Notes under the pieces: generated by a model
What the model saw: the letters and a program-made list of their open reading frames with translations, nothing else
The model's database searches: none
What the model was told of the DNA's origin: nothing
Made by a program: the position numbers and the translations under genes
In this document: positions 11,721-24,620 of the stretch, piece by piece
Layout of the letters: every line of letters starts with the position of its first letter
Position numbering within the stretch: position 1 is the first letter of the stretch
NCBI RefSeq assembly: GCF_009834535.1
Contig: NC_045696.1
Coordinates: 70,496,001 to 70,560,000, forward strand
Direction of reading: 5' to 3'
DNA from: Camelus ferus
Taxonomy: Eukaryota
Length of the DNA stretch: 64,000 nucleotides

Positions 11721-13565
11721 AAAAATCTAATGAAACATGTGTTATCCATATTGGAAAAACCATCTAAACTAGAGATTCTCTACCAGAATTCTAAGGATGG
11801 CTTTTAGGGTGTCTGTGAATCCCTGTATTTGTAAACAAAATTATGCATCTGAGTCTATGCACAATATTATGAAGCGCAGGCCCTAATGTTTCCTTAGATT
11901 CTCAAAAGAGGTCTATAGCCCCCAACGTGTTAAGAACCACTAATCTATACACTTTGTATACGATCTAAAACTTCATTATGAGGACATTTCCCCCACATAT
12001 TTAATGTTGATTTTATTTACATTACTAAAGCCACAGAAGTCCTTCAACACAAAGTCTATAGATTTCTATTGTGGCCTTACGAGGTATTAAAAAGCTCAAG
12101 GTGAAAATACGTGCAGATGTGGGGAAATACAGTCAGCAAAAATTACTGTTGTGCAGCAAAAATATTTCTTGCTTCTCCTGTATGAGTTTCCTGCTGAGTA
12201 ACTTGTTTGCTCATTGATTAATTCACCATGCTTCACATTCTGTAGAGAGATATAGCTTTATATTTGGATGTCTGGAGTCAATGTGCTCAAACCACTGCAT
12301 AATGCAGATGAAGTAAAATGAAGAATGAGCCATAATGTAACTATGGAGACTTAAAGGGAATGATGAAAGGGAAAACAATACAAAATGATTAAAGGGGAAA
12401 AAAGATATAATTCAAAATAGAAGAAAGTTTTCTTGGGTTCTTTCACCAAGATATATTGACATTGTTAGCAGGAATATGATAAGATTAAATAACATATATG
12501 TGTTTTCAATCCTGTAGATGAAAGTGTGGACATTACTTCAGCTTGCACATCTGATGACAGACTGTGCCACCTTTCACACCAGATGTTTCACATAAGACGC
12601 TGTTCATATTTCTGATTTTTATAAACTTTACAATCACTGGGACCTAGAGGTAAGTATTCACATTAGATGAAATGCTTTCTCAAAGTTTCAGAGCTCATCC
12701 TTTCTTACAGTGTTTCACATGTAAAAAAAGTTTAAAACATGTTGAATAATCCTATCTTTCACTACAGCTCTAAACCAATCACCAGAAGCTACCTCACCTC
12801 CTGATCCTTGGTACGAGGAGGAGGAAACTTTGTAGATATAAATGTTATTTCCAAAACTAGAATTACCTTAGCATCTTTCATTACTACTTTTTTTCAATAA
12901 TCAGTGACCCATAAAAGAGAACAGATTTCAACAAATCTCTAGCTCTGTTGATTTCTGAGGAATATTTTATGTTATAAACCTAATGAAACTAAAGTGAGGA
13001 GTGATTTGGGGGCCCCTTTTTAGAATGATCACATGCTCATCACATACATATTAGTCTTTCCATGAAGGCATCTAAGAGCATATTTTTTAAAAAGAACTTT
13101 TTGTTTCAAGTCAACCCTTGCATTCTTGTAAAACAGCATGCATAAACAAAACCAGAATCATCATCCAATAACATAAGGAAGGGAAGTACCTCAGAGAGAA
13201 CAACTCATTGCAGTAACATTTCTAGAATTCCATCAGGTGATGGGGGAATGGCTCCCATCATGTATCAGGGAAAAAGATCAGGAGTACTCTCAGAATCATT
13301 CTAACAACATTGTAAAAATCCACTAGTATTCTAGTTTGTCACTCAGCTGACTGAACATGGGTTATTTTCAGAAATCACAATATAATAAATTGTATATGAC
13401 ATACGCTTTACGAATATAAACATGAGGTGGAATAAATTATTTGAAAAAAGATGTTAATCCTAAAGCAAATCAATTTAATGACATCTGTCATAGCTTAATT
13501 AGCAAAAAACAATTTGGGAGATATCTGTACAAATGAAAGTTTTAAAAGCTTTGTTGAATAAGTAC

Positions 13566-13664
13566 CTCAATATGGTCCATTGCTTTCTGCCATACAGACT
13601 GCTTCTCCTCTGCACTGTGTCCAGGGATGGATAAGATATTGTGAATGTAGTTAAAGACTTCTTC
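13566..13664 (-). CDS. VPS8: VPS8 coding exon (EEVFNYIHNILSIPGHSAEEKQSVWQKAMDHIE), 99 nt
   Basis: cttcag|GAA GAA...ATT GAG|gtactt; phase 0-0, intact. Confidence 0.95.
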
Positions 13665-13919
13665 CTGAAGAGCACAAGGCAATATCATTCGTTCATTCAT
13701 TCCCTCCAGCAATATTTAGTCACCATCTACTATCTGTACCAGTCTTGGTACAATATCTATTATTTAGAGATGGAAAACATTTGCGGAAAGTTAACTGACA
13801 GAAGACTAACTCTAAAGAGAAAGAGTAATTGTTTAAAAGTTAGAGTAGATTTGCAGAAGTTGCAAATCTGTACTGATTAATTTTAGTCTCAATTTTATTA
13901 ACTTCATGAGTGAATATCA

Positions 13920-14420
13920 TACTTTTTGTCTTTGACGGTCCCTGCTCAGGTTCCAAATTTAATCTCAAGTTCCTCCTGCCTTAGTCTATTACGCTCCACT
14001 TATACTGACCATTGCTTCATTTATATGATCTCTCTATTCAGTTCCTTGAATGTGGGAAAAAAATTTCTCACCTCAGGAATTTGCACAGACTGTTCCCTAT
14101 ACTGGAACATTTTTTCCATTACTCTTTCCTTGACTGGCTTCTTATCAAATTCCAAGACTCAGTTTATATGTCATTTTATCTGAGATTCCTTCCTTGGCCG
14201 CTCTGTATAAGTCAGTTACCCAACTGTCCTCTAAAGTTGCACCCAGTTTCTCTAGCACTCATCATAATTTACAATTATATATTTGATTTTCTTATTGTCA
14301 GTCTCCATCACTAAACTATTAAGTTCTAAAACTGCAGGAAGGAACTATATGTCTGTTTTACTTATCAATATATACTTGGCTAATGGCAGGCATGCAATAA
14401 AAGCCTGTTGAATAAATGAA
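13920..14420 (+). mobile_element. L2 3' end fragment
   Basis: Ends with gcaggcatgcaataaaagcctgttgaataaatgaa, a typical L2 tail. Confidence 0.65.
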
Positions 14421-14553
14421 GAGAACCTTGGCTCAGTAAACACACGTCCAAATATTCCTACTGAAGTTATACCTACTGAGTACTTATTTCTATTTGGTAA
14501 AGGGAGGGGAGGAAACTGAGTAAGAACAAAGGTTAAAGCTCTTATGAATGCCC

Positions 14554-14634
14554 CTCTCTTAGTGGATCACATAGGTAGCAATCAATAATTTTGTCATATT
14601 GGTGTCCTTGTTCATAAATTCACAGATTTGATAG
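14554..14634 (-). pseudogene. VPS8: Apparently disabled VPS8 exon (homologous to YQICEFMYEREHQYDKIIDCYLRDPLRE) with a 4-nt deletion and no GT donor
   Basis: atctag|C TAT CAA ATC TGT GAA TTT ATG AAC... reaches TAA in the entry frame. Homology resumes in another frame (EQGHQYDKIIDCYLCDPLRE). The expected exon end is followed by GGGCAT, not GT. Confidence 0.85.
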
Positions 14635-15368
14635 CTAGATCATAAAAGGAAAAACTTCAGCGTACCAAGCAGACAGGTGGTTATTAGCTTATAAGATATT
14701 TGTTCAGGCAAAGAGGTTAATATTAAGGAAAAATAAATACAGAAGTGATTTCTACTGTTAAATGAAGTTACAGTATCTAAGGGAGATGAGTATCTGCCAT
14801 TCTTTTAAATACAGGTTTAAGGTGCTGCTGAATACTATGTAAAAAATTTCAAAGCTGGGTACAAAATAAGTGTTAAAGCAACAATGTGTCACATAAAAAT
14901 AGGTAATAAATTAGATATCAATTAATCAATTATATGAAGCTTCCTTGTTCAGAATTAAACATGTCAAATGAAATAGTCAATAAACTAGACAAACAGTAGT
15001 GCTAACCTATTGCATCTTACTTGCTATGCTAAATTCTGCTTTATTTATAATATATATAACTGTCAAAAATCTGTCAAAAATCTATCAAATACTATAGAAA
15101 TTCTAAGTAAAAAAACTAGTAATTCATAAAACTATTATCCCATTTTCATACTAAAACAAATGCACAAGCACTTCAAATTTACTTGCTGTTAATTTCTGTA
15201 AATCTTACTAACTTCTAGACTCAAAAGGCAAAAGCTTTCAGGTTATTGTTATACGCATAGCTTTTCTTAATTAAAAAATGACAAGGCATCAATAAACTGG
15301 GCTTCAAGTTAGAGAAATGTAATTTAATAGTTCTCTGGGGATTAACACATGGCTTCAAAACAACTTAC

Positions 15369-15452
15369 AACTCTGCTTTTTCTACCATCCGGATGAGCCG
15401 ACTCTCTTCAAACTGAACTATGCCTCCAGCCTGCAGCAGTTCTAAAAGGACC
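15369..15452 (-). pseudogene. VPS8: Apparently disabled VPS8 exon (homologous to VLLELLQAGGIVQFEESRLIRMAEKAEF) with an extra G after the acceptor AG
   Basis: aatattag|G GTC CTT TTA GAA...GAG TT|gtaagt is 84 nt, where frame requires 83. Joined to the phase-0 upstream exon it reads GPFRTAAGWRHSSV* (TGA). Confidence 0.8.
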
Positions 15453-15884
15453 CTAATATTTAAAATAAATGAGTAAGAACACTTGTAATGTACTTTTATT
15501 TACTAGCGCTTTAAGAATCCATGCAGCCACACAAACCATATCTTTTTTTCTTTTGTCTTACTATTCGCTGATTTTTCAGTTTGGCTTTCATGTATACAAG
15601 GGAATAGACTGCCATTATAACGTGATCATATTGTACTTAAGTCTAATAAAAAGATACAATAGCTCTATTTTTCCAACATGGAAGGAATGCCAGTGTTTGC
15701 AAACAAAGCCTTATTAGAACATCTAATTGACCCTCCCCACTAAGCTAAAAATGTCCATACATATTCTTTCAAGAAGCAAATTTTTGTCTAATGCTTTTAT
15801 GGCTTATGATTCTTCAAAATCTGTGGCCCATAGGCAGTATCCATGTTCATGTTTAATTTTTCATGTTTAAACGTGGAGTTTCTC

Positions 15885-16200
15885 ATACTACAGCATTATT
15901 CACAAGAGCCAAAAGGTGGAAACAACCCTAATGTCCATCAATGGATAAATGGATAGATAAAATATGGTATATAAATATAATTGAGTATTATTCATACTTA
16001 AAAAGGAATGAAATTAGGGTTTATCTATATATGGATAAAGCTTAAAAACATTATGCTAAGTGAAATAAACAAGTCAGCAAAGAACAAATACTGTATCAGT
16101 CCACTTATATGAGGAACCTAAAATAGTCAAATTCAAAGAGACAGAAAGTTTAATGATAGTTGTCAGGGGGCTGGGAAGTGGGTAACCAGGGAGTAAACAC
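15885..16200 (+). mobile_element. L1MB-type 3' fragment
   Basis: cagcattattcacaagagccaaaaggtggaaacaaccctaatgtccatcaatggataaatgg. Confidence 0.75.
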
Positions 16201-16369
16201 AGAAAATTGATTACTTTTAAGTTGAAATTTTTTTAAAGGCATAGAAGAAATAAAACCTCCAAACTCTACACTTCAGAACCCTAACTTAATTCATTTTGAG
16301 TATTATAATGTACTGTTGTAGAGAACAATGATGGAGTGAACCCATATGCTGGAAGCCTATTCAAATGCC

Positions 16370-16860
16370 ATTGCTGAAGCTGTCTTAACCAACTTACTGG
16401 AGCTGGTCGTTGCCTTTTCAGGAATGTTGTACGCCAGCTGTTATATGCAGGCAGTGTTAAAAACTGAATTATATAAACTTACAAAAATAAGTTAAGTTAA
16501 AAACAAAGGTAATTAATACCCAAACTCACTACTTCCTAATTATTTTACTGCATTTGACTGTGTATGCTCTCGAGGTCAGTTACTGCAGCTGTATCTGTGT
16601 TCTGGAAACACTATGTCAGGGGCAGTGATGCACATCTCTTCCCAATGCCACGTTCAGTGTGACATCCACTGGTAGATCAAAATCAGCCATGGTGGGAGTA
16701 CTTACACCGTGGAAACTGGCAAATGCTGTAAATCAGGGCTTGTCACATTTTTAAAGGGTTGTAAAACAAACAAAGAGTATGTGACAGAGACCATATGTGG
16801 CCCATATAGCCTAAAATATTTACTCTCTGGCCCTTTACGGAAAAGGTGTGCCAATTCCTG
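16370..16860 (+). mobile_element. MER63-like hAT remnant joined to a MER58-like terminus
   Basis: aaatcagccatggtgggagtacttacaccgtggaaactggcaaatgctgtaaatcagggctt is MER63-like. gcctaaaatatttactctctggccctttacggaaaaggtgtgccaattcctg is a MER58 end. Confidence 0.65.
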
Positions 16861-18349
16861 GTTAAGAAAGTGACAGAGCTGATATGACAGTCAAAGTTGA
16901 AAGTGTGCATGTCAGAATCATTATTTTGTAAATAGTACAAAAAAGTTAAGGAATTATTTTTCCAGTATTCAAAAGCTGTTATGCAATTCAGCAGAGAAGT
17001 CACATCACTGATGAATGAGTGAACTGCACTTTCATCTTGTTCACTTACAGAAATGAACACATCAACCAACATTCACGTCAGAACTAACCAGTTGTTAAAC
17101 TTTTATTAGCAAATCACTGGAAAATACTCAAATATACTGCATAAATAAATTCTGATACATAACAAACAGTTCAAGAGAAAGAGTGCTGGATTAGAAGGGA
17201 AGGATTTGGCCTCTAATCTTAGTTGTGACTTTGAGCAATTTACTGCGTCAGTTTTCTTTCTATATTCTAAAATTAGTGTGGGGAAAAAACCCACATAATC
17301 CCAAAGAGGATTCCCAACAACAGATTATTACTGTACTATGATTACTTTTAAAGGTCTGGCATCTACATTTAGGCTTGGTTTTTATTTCTGTTTTATTCAG
17401 CTATTTACATAAAAAGTTTTTATCATTTTATATAGCAACACCATGCATCACATGTTTCATTTTTCCTGCCAACAGAAAAATAAGGGCAAAATGAGGCATC
17501 CATGTTACTACATGCATTCAATATAATTTACGAGACAATCAAAATTTTAGCAGCTGTTCTCTTCCCTAAGACAGTCTGCAGCTGTCACGGAGCCACAGGT
17601 GTGCAGAGAAAGGGCTCACTGTTGCTATTTTACGTTCTTTATCTGAGTCTCATTCTCCCAGCCAGGCATTATTACCATATAGAATTAGCATAGCTCTCAA
17701 AATACTTAATTTTTGTAGCTTACTTGTCTGACAAAGTCTGGCTATCAAGTTTTAAAAGACTGGCTCTCTTAGTGCTCACAATTACAGTGGGTAAGCTTTT
17801 AAGAAATCCTACCCCCTGAAAGGACCCTCAAGGATAAGTAGAAAGAAGTGGTAATCAAACAGTTTCTTTCTCACAGTGATTAGTGAAGGGACAGACGGAC
17901 GCCAGCCTCCAGAAATGGCCAGCCCTAGTGCAGTGGGACTACAGAGCACGCCCCAAAACTGAGTGTCCCAAAACTCAGGATCCTGAAGACTCTCTGGTTC
18001 ATGGCCACAATAGCTAGGACTGGTGACCAGATTAATGAATCTGGTGGAAAGCAGGACACAACAGGTACTGACTGGTGCTACATAACAGAGAAGGACAGAG
18101 GACATATTCTCTGTGATGTCATGTTGAATGCAAGACAGGTCCCCGTCTGCCTGGGAATTTAGCTTCATATAGGCTTAAACTAACCACCACCCACACTATT
18201 TCCTTGTTGCCACTGTCTAGCTTAGTATTAGGGTCTGGCATAAGTCATTTCCCTCTTACGCCTCATGAGGTTTAGTACTGAAGGGTTCTTTCTAGATTAG
18301 CCTCTCTTCTTTCTCATTCTCTAGCAAAGAGAGTTCTAGCAGTTCATAC

Positions 18350-18406
18350 CTGCTGTCTTTCAGAGTGTCGGGAGTCATCGTCAGGACTACAGAGGAATTC
18401 GAGGAC
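18350..18406 (-). CDS. VPS8: VPS8 coding exon (VLEFLCSPDDDSRHSERQQ), 57 nt
   Basis: accag|GTC CTC...CAG CAG|gtatga; phase 0-0. Confidence 0.95.
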
Positions 18407-18689
18407 CTGGTCAAAGAAAAGGTATTTTTTATTAGATACCAGCTTGCACGCCACACCGCTGTCACAGTGTGACAAAACAGTAACGACCCTCTTTATATCA
18501 CCAACTCATTCCCACTCGGCTACAACACACACCACATCTGAGTGGCCCAGTACATGGCACAGCAGGCTCAGGTAGGCTAACGATGTAACACGCACCTTAC
18601 ACACACTTCTTCATTCTTTAGAAACCCGACTAGAAGAAAGCATCATCTATGTACCTTGACTTGCAGATTCCTGACACCACGGACCAAGC

Positions 18690-18957
18690 AAAGCATAGAC
18701 TTTGGAGTCAGGCCACTTGAACTTGAGTCCTAACCTTATTAATGCTTAATAACCACATTTATTGCTAATAATAACACTTATTAAGCATGCCCTGGATGAG
18801 TGACTGAACATCTCTGGGCTTTAGTTTCCTCATCTACAAAATGGAGGTAACAACTATTCCAATTTCAGAGCTGCTGGGAGCACTGCATTAATATATACAC
18901 ATGTAATGTGGAACAGAGCGTGGCACTATGAAGTGCTCAATAAATGTTGGTCATTAT
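18690..18957 (+). mobile_element. MIR SINE
   Basis: Core ctctgggctttagtttcctcatctacaaaatggagg and tail aagtgctcaataaatgttgg. Confidence 0.75.
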
Positions 18958-19458
18958 ATGCAACTTTCTCCAGATAAAAAGTATTTTCTTTCTGTGGATA
19001 CATAGGAGGTACTTAACTGGGATTAGGAGATACCTTCAAAGTCATTTCCTCAAAGTAATCTCTCCTCCAGATGATCAACATCACAGTCTTACTACCAGTG
19101 AGATGGGTGACTCTTAAATTGGAAAATTCTTGAGCAAAGAATTCTAGACAATTTAGAGCAACAGAGTAATAGAGAGAACAGAATCTCTATAAACCAATCT
19201 CCACAAACCATACTCCCATGATACCAAGTTACAAGGCAAAATTATACTACCCAGACACAACATTAAAAAAAAACACACACACAACAATTTAGATTCAATT
19301 TGGACTCAATTTAGATTCAAACTGAAACCTGAACAGGTTTCTACCTGATATGGCATTTACCCAATAGGCTATTATATTAAGAAACTGTGTAATCGAGTGA
19401 TTTTTTCTATGAACAGTAAATAAAAACAATTCTAGCTCTTATGATTAAAGACACTCAC

Positions 19459-19578
19459 CTGATCAAAAAGGGTTCTGTTAACAAACAAGGTGTTGTCAGG
19501 CTTTGCAAGCTGCCGGGCAAGGAAGGTAAAGAGACACCCTACTTGTGAGGGAGTAAAATCTGAATTCTCCACCATAAC
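19459..19578 (-). CDS. VPS8: VPS8 coding exon (VMVENSDFTPSQVGCLFTFLARQLAKPDNTLFVNRTLFDQ), 120 nt
   Basis: catcag|GTT ATG...GAT CAG|gtgagt; phase 0-0. Confidence 0.95.
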
Positions 19579-20239
19579 CTGATGAGCAAAAGAGATCATT
19601 TATTTATTCAATATACCATCTGCTTTGACACACACAAAAAAACACAATTAGAAGAGAGAGGTGGGGGGAACCTCATTACTAAAGACTCACAAAAAGATTC
19701 TTTTATTGACTGTGTAACAGTTGAGATCAGTGTCATTTAGAGAAGGAACACAACTACTTGCACACTTGGAACGGAAAACGTTTTAGTCACTTTTGGCATA
19801 TTTCTAGGTATAACCTGGATAAAAACTGAATTGTTAGATAAAGGTGGATTTCAAAGAAATATTAATCATATTTCCCTCTGGAATTCTTAAAACAGAACCT
19901 AAAATTAATTTAAATTAAATTAAAGTAACCCTACTAAAATTTGTCCACCAACACAGAAAGAAGGGAATTTGCTTTGGGGTCTGAAAGTAGGATAACTTGA
20001 GAGGGAAGATATCTCAGGAAAGAAGTCAGCTGGCCCTTGAACCAATGAAGTGAATGATTTCTGCCTTGTCTATAAGCAGTTTCCTGGTTTCACATAAAAG
20101 GCTTTTTACAAACACAGACAGTTATCAAGTCATAATCACTCCTCTGATTAAGTGCCCTCTCAGCTCCTGAGCACCTACTGCTATGAGTAAGACACTGTGG
20201 TAGAGGCCTTGTAGGCAATTCTGAACCAGAAAGCAAGGT

Positions 20240-21050
20240 GAGACAGGTAAACAAATATTACATAAAAAGCATAATGTGATCAGCACAATTACAAAGGAAC
20301 AAATGACTACAGAAGCACAGTGGGGAGAATTTAGTTCCACTGGTTAGAGAGGGAATTTGAAAAGCAATGAGAAAAACAGCTTTTAAGCTAAGCTTTAAAG
20401 CCCACGTGGAACCTGTGCCAGGGGCAAATGTCAGGAGAAGAGCCGTCCAGGTAGAGAGAAGAGTGTGAGCAAAAGCATGACACAGGAAAATACAAGCCTG
20501 TTTGGAGAAACTATGTATTTCTTTAGAATGCAGCATGTGAGAGGAGGAAGGAGAAATGAGATCGAAAGAAAAGATTAGGCCTCCAGTGTCATTCTAAGGA
20601 ATCTAGACTTTATTTCATAGAAAACTGGGGTGCAACCAGGAGAGGTGCTCGTGATCAGTACTGTGCTTAGGAAAATTACCCCATCAGCAGTGTTTAGGAT
20701 AAAATAACAAAACCAAGAAACAAAAGGTAGAGAGACCAAGATACATGTGACTGCAGGGGTCCAAGGGGGAGACAGAGGGCTTCAGAACAAGGGCAGTGAT
20801 AATAAAAGAAAAAGGGAAGCGGGAACAGGTACAAAAGACACTGCAGAGAGAGAGGAGAAAGGACAGGTATTCACATGTGTGGAAACATGTGGCTAAAGGA
20901 AGCATGAGAAATGGCAGATCTTGAGCCTGACAGGCAGGGAGGAGAATGATGCCATGATCAAAGAGGGAGAATGCAGAAGACTGCGAAGGAAGACCAGGTT
21001 CTGTCCTGGATGAGCTGAATTTATGGAGGCAACTCTACAACAAATTAGGG
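20240..21050 (-). mobile_element. L2 fragments
   Basis: Purine-rich reverse-strand L2 motifs (ccaggtagagagaagagtgtgagcaaaagcatg; ctaaggaatctagactttatt). Confidence 0.55.
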
Positions 21051-22534
21051 AATAGGATACTGTTTCATCTATCAAAAAGTCCTGAATTCCCTCCTTCCAT
21101 TCTCCATTCAAAGATAAATTATAAGGTTTCTCCTATTATAAAACATTCCCTTGGGGCCCAGCTTTTGGCCTACCTTTTACTTTGCTAGGCAGTATGTTCC
21201 TTTCTTTTACTCTTCCTGCTTTTAGCCCAGCAATTACAGCTTGCTCAAGTGCATAATTAATCATTACTAGAGTACAAGGATATTTCAAGCTATAATCTGT
21301 GTTTCTAAATTCCAATTTATAACATTCAAAGAGCTTTCTATATCGCTTTAAAAACCCCGTCATCACTCCCTTTCAGTGTGCAGGTCCTTCCCTACAACTC
21401 AACTCTTGGGTCCCAGATAGTGCTCTTCTCTGCTTTAAGCCCTTCTTTTTGCCAAGTGTAAACTCTTTAACTGTCTGATCCAAGAAATTCATTTTAAGGA
21501 AACAGCCCTAACTCGCAGCTCCTTCCCTTGCCACCTCAGCCAGTGTGTAACTGGTTATCATCTTAGAAATTTTGGCTTCTTTCCATTTCCACTCTCCAAC
21601 CAATTTCAGAGACCACACTTTCAAAATTTTCTGGGCAATCTTATACAAAGTCACAAATTAACAGCATTCCCTTTCTATGTCTGCAGCCATTCAGCACACG
21701 TAATAATGCCTTAGATTTGACGCTTATTTGTTTGTTCCCTAGTCATTGCCTAGGCTCCCTGGAAAGAACACTTTAACAAATGAGTGCAACTCTCTCACCA
21801 GAAATGAGAAAATAATCTCAAAAGTGCATTCTTCATGGACCATGTGTAAACACTAACAAAGCAATACACAACTAGCAATTCACCAACAGTGATAGCTGAA
21901 GTACTTTATGGAGCTTTTCTTTCTTCATTATCATTCTTCCAACTTAGTATATTTTTAAATCTGAATTCCAATTCAATCAACTTGCAGATATCTCTTGAAC
22001 ATCCACCAGGTTGCAGGCATTGTGTTGGACATGCTCTGGGCATGTTAAAACAACGACCAAAAAAAACCAAAAACCAAAACGAAACAAGCCCTCACAGTCT
22101 CTCCCTACAGAAAGCTTAAGTCCAAGCAGGAAAATATACGTGTATACAATTACCTTGCAGTGTGCCAAGGGTAGCACCAAGTGCTGTATGTTGAAGGAAG
22201 CATGGGAGAGGGTTCTAAAAGAGTTTCTCATGGGTGATATTTGAGTTACATTTTGAAAAATGGTTAGGAATTTGCTAGACAGAGAAAGGAAAGGAAAAGG
22301 CATGACAGGATGAAAGAAAATTTCATGCAAAGAATATAAGCCATAAAGATGACACAGAACATTTAGTGAATTCCAACAATTTAATACAGTTGAGGAGTTC
22401 ATAATACAGAATGCGTGCTTTTGGTGGGGGTGGTGTGTGGTAGGAGAGGGGAGCAGTTATAAGAGAAGTAGTCAGGGACCAGAAGATATAGAAGGATCTT
22501 GGATGCCAGGTTAAACAGTTTAGACGAATATGGC

Positions 22535-23022
22535 AGAAACCAGTACCTGTACTCCAACATCTGTTCCTTCTTCCTAATTCAGAAGCAGAATTCCTCATTT
22601 TTAGCTAAACACATGGCCATCCACAATACAGAGTATATTTCTCAGTCTCAATCAGCAGCTAAAGGGTCATACACCTTAGTTCTGATCAACAAGATATACA
22701 CAGAATTGCAGTAAGCAACTTCGAAGAAATTTTCTTAAAGAGAGGGAACACTCTTCATCTTTTTCTGCATTCAGGCTAGCTAGAATGCAGAGGTGATGGC
22801 TGGAGCTTGAGCAGCCATATTAGATCAAAAGACAGAAACCATGCACTAGGAATAAAAGCAGTAAGACAGAAAGAATGTGCATCCCTGAGAAGTTTCTGAA
22901 GCCACTCTACTAGATCAGGTTGCCTGCTCTCCAGGTTCACAGAAGAAAAAGAAATTTCCATAACAATTAAGCTACTGCTATTCTGAACTTTCTCTCACAG
23001 CAGAACTTAATTCCAAACAAGT
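22535..23022. mobile_element. MLT1 (MaLR) solo LTR, MLT1J-like
   Basis: gctagaatgcagaggtgatggctggagcttgagcagccatattagatc...gcagaacttaattccaaac. Confidence 0.7.
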
Positions 23023-23997
23023 CAATGTGGAGCCATAGAAGAATATTAGGTAGAGGACAGGTAAGATCACAAATTAATGTAGGACAAGAATCAGACCATT
23101 TAGGAAGGTATTTTAGAAATCTAGGTGAAAATTCTCCCTTCTGGCCACCTGGTATTATTTGGGAGCTTAGCAATCCTGTTCTCATCTTCATAACTGCTTA
23201 TCTTACAAGGTCAATTAATATTTCAAATGAGAAAGCGTATATAAATGTGCTTTGAAAATTATAAAGAATTATTATACATGTAATAAATGCACTAATGTTA
23301 TGTGCAACTAGAGAACATTTTAATTTTGGTCTTTTGTCCAAAATAATCTAAAAGTCACTAAGAAGAAGAAATCTCCATTTTACTAGCCAAGTGAACAGGA
23401 CAAAATTCTAAGCTTTCAACCACAAGAAGAAACCGGTCTGGCTGAAGCTGTGCAGGTGGAAAGGAAAAGAATTTGTCTCTGCATTCATTCACTAGCAACA
23501 GCATGAATCTCAAAATAGTTTTCAAATGAATCTAGTTAGACTTAGATTGGGATGGTCATCTCTGAGTGTCTCAAATCATTCTTAAGTGTCACCCATCATA
23601 TCAGTACCATGGCAAAACGACATATGCCACTACCTTAGCAACATAGCGATATAGGTATGAGACAGAAGGAGACTCTCCTACATTAATTATTTTCTCAAAG
23701 CATTCTGAAGTTAGTCTCTATTATTGAAAGTAATCATGTTAATATAGCAATTATCACAATATAGATTTCTCATGAGTAGTACCCTATATCCTAGTACCCA
23801 CTCTAAAGCTCACATACATTAACTCATTTGAATGAATAACTGATACTGCATTCAGCTTCTAAAGACAAAGATATCATAATAAATTTTTAAATGATTGCAA
23901 CATATTGCTTTATTAAAGATTATTTTAGAACTTGCTATAAAATAGTTCAGTTTTCTCAATATAAACATCAATACAAAGACATGTATTGAGTACTTAC

Positions 23998-24069
23998 TTT
24001 CAACAAAATATCCACAATACGTTGTTGATATTCTACAGCTTGCTTGTCATTTTTAAAATCTTCAAAAGT
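23998..24069 (-). CDS. VPS8: VPS8 coding exon (TFEDFKNDKQAVEYQQRIVDILLK), 72 nt
   Basis: ttttag|ACT TTT...TTG AAA|gtaagt; phase 0-0. Confidence 0.95.
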
Positions 24070-24620
24070 CTAAAAGGAAAAAATTTTAAAATAAGTATTA
24101 TTTGAAAATTTTAGACGGAAATTAGATATTATATTCTTGCTAATAGGTAAATTCCCAAATAAGATAACCATTCCTCATGCAGATTTTTCCTTATATAGCT
24201 TTAACAATAAGTTATTTTTAGTGAGTTAGATAGAAAGCTAAAGCATTAAAATACTACATGGATTCTGAATAAGGTATAAAAATATAGTGATTCTCATACA
24301 ACCAAAAAGTGAGTCAAGAAAGAAAGCAAAGTTTATAAGCAACAAAAAAGAAATAATGGAAGGCAATCTGTGAGTAAGGAGGGATTGAGAAGGATGAAAT
24401 ACATATTACATGCTCAGCCATCATTCCGTCCATCATGCTGTTTGGAAATAATAACTGAAATACAGTTTGTTAACTGCCACTAAAAATAATTTTCATGATT
24501 TCCATGACAACTAGGAAAAAATGATATTCAACAATAGATATGTCAAAAAATTATTATGGTAATACTCTCACAATATTGTAATCCTCAAGGCTATATACAA
24601 AGAATAGGTGTTCTATTTTC

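Noticed and set aside
14554..15452. Compensatory frameshifts (+1 and -4) giving a novel in-frame peptide
   Set aside because: The shifted frame contains TGA within the first exon, and the second exon has no GT donor.
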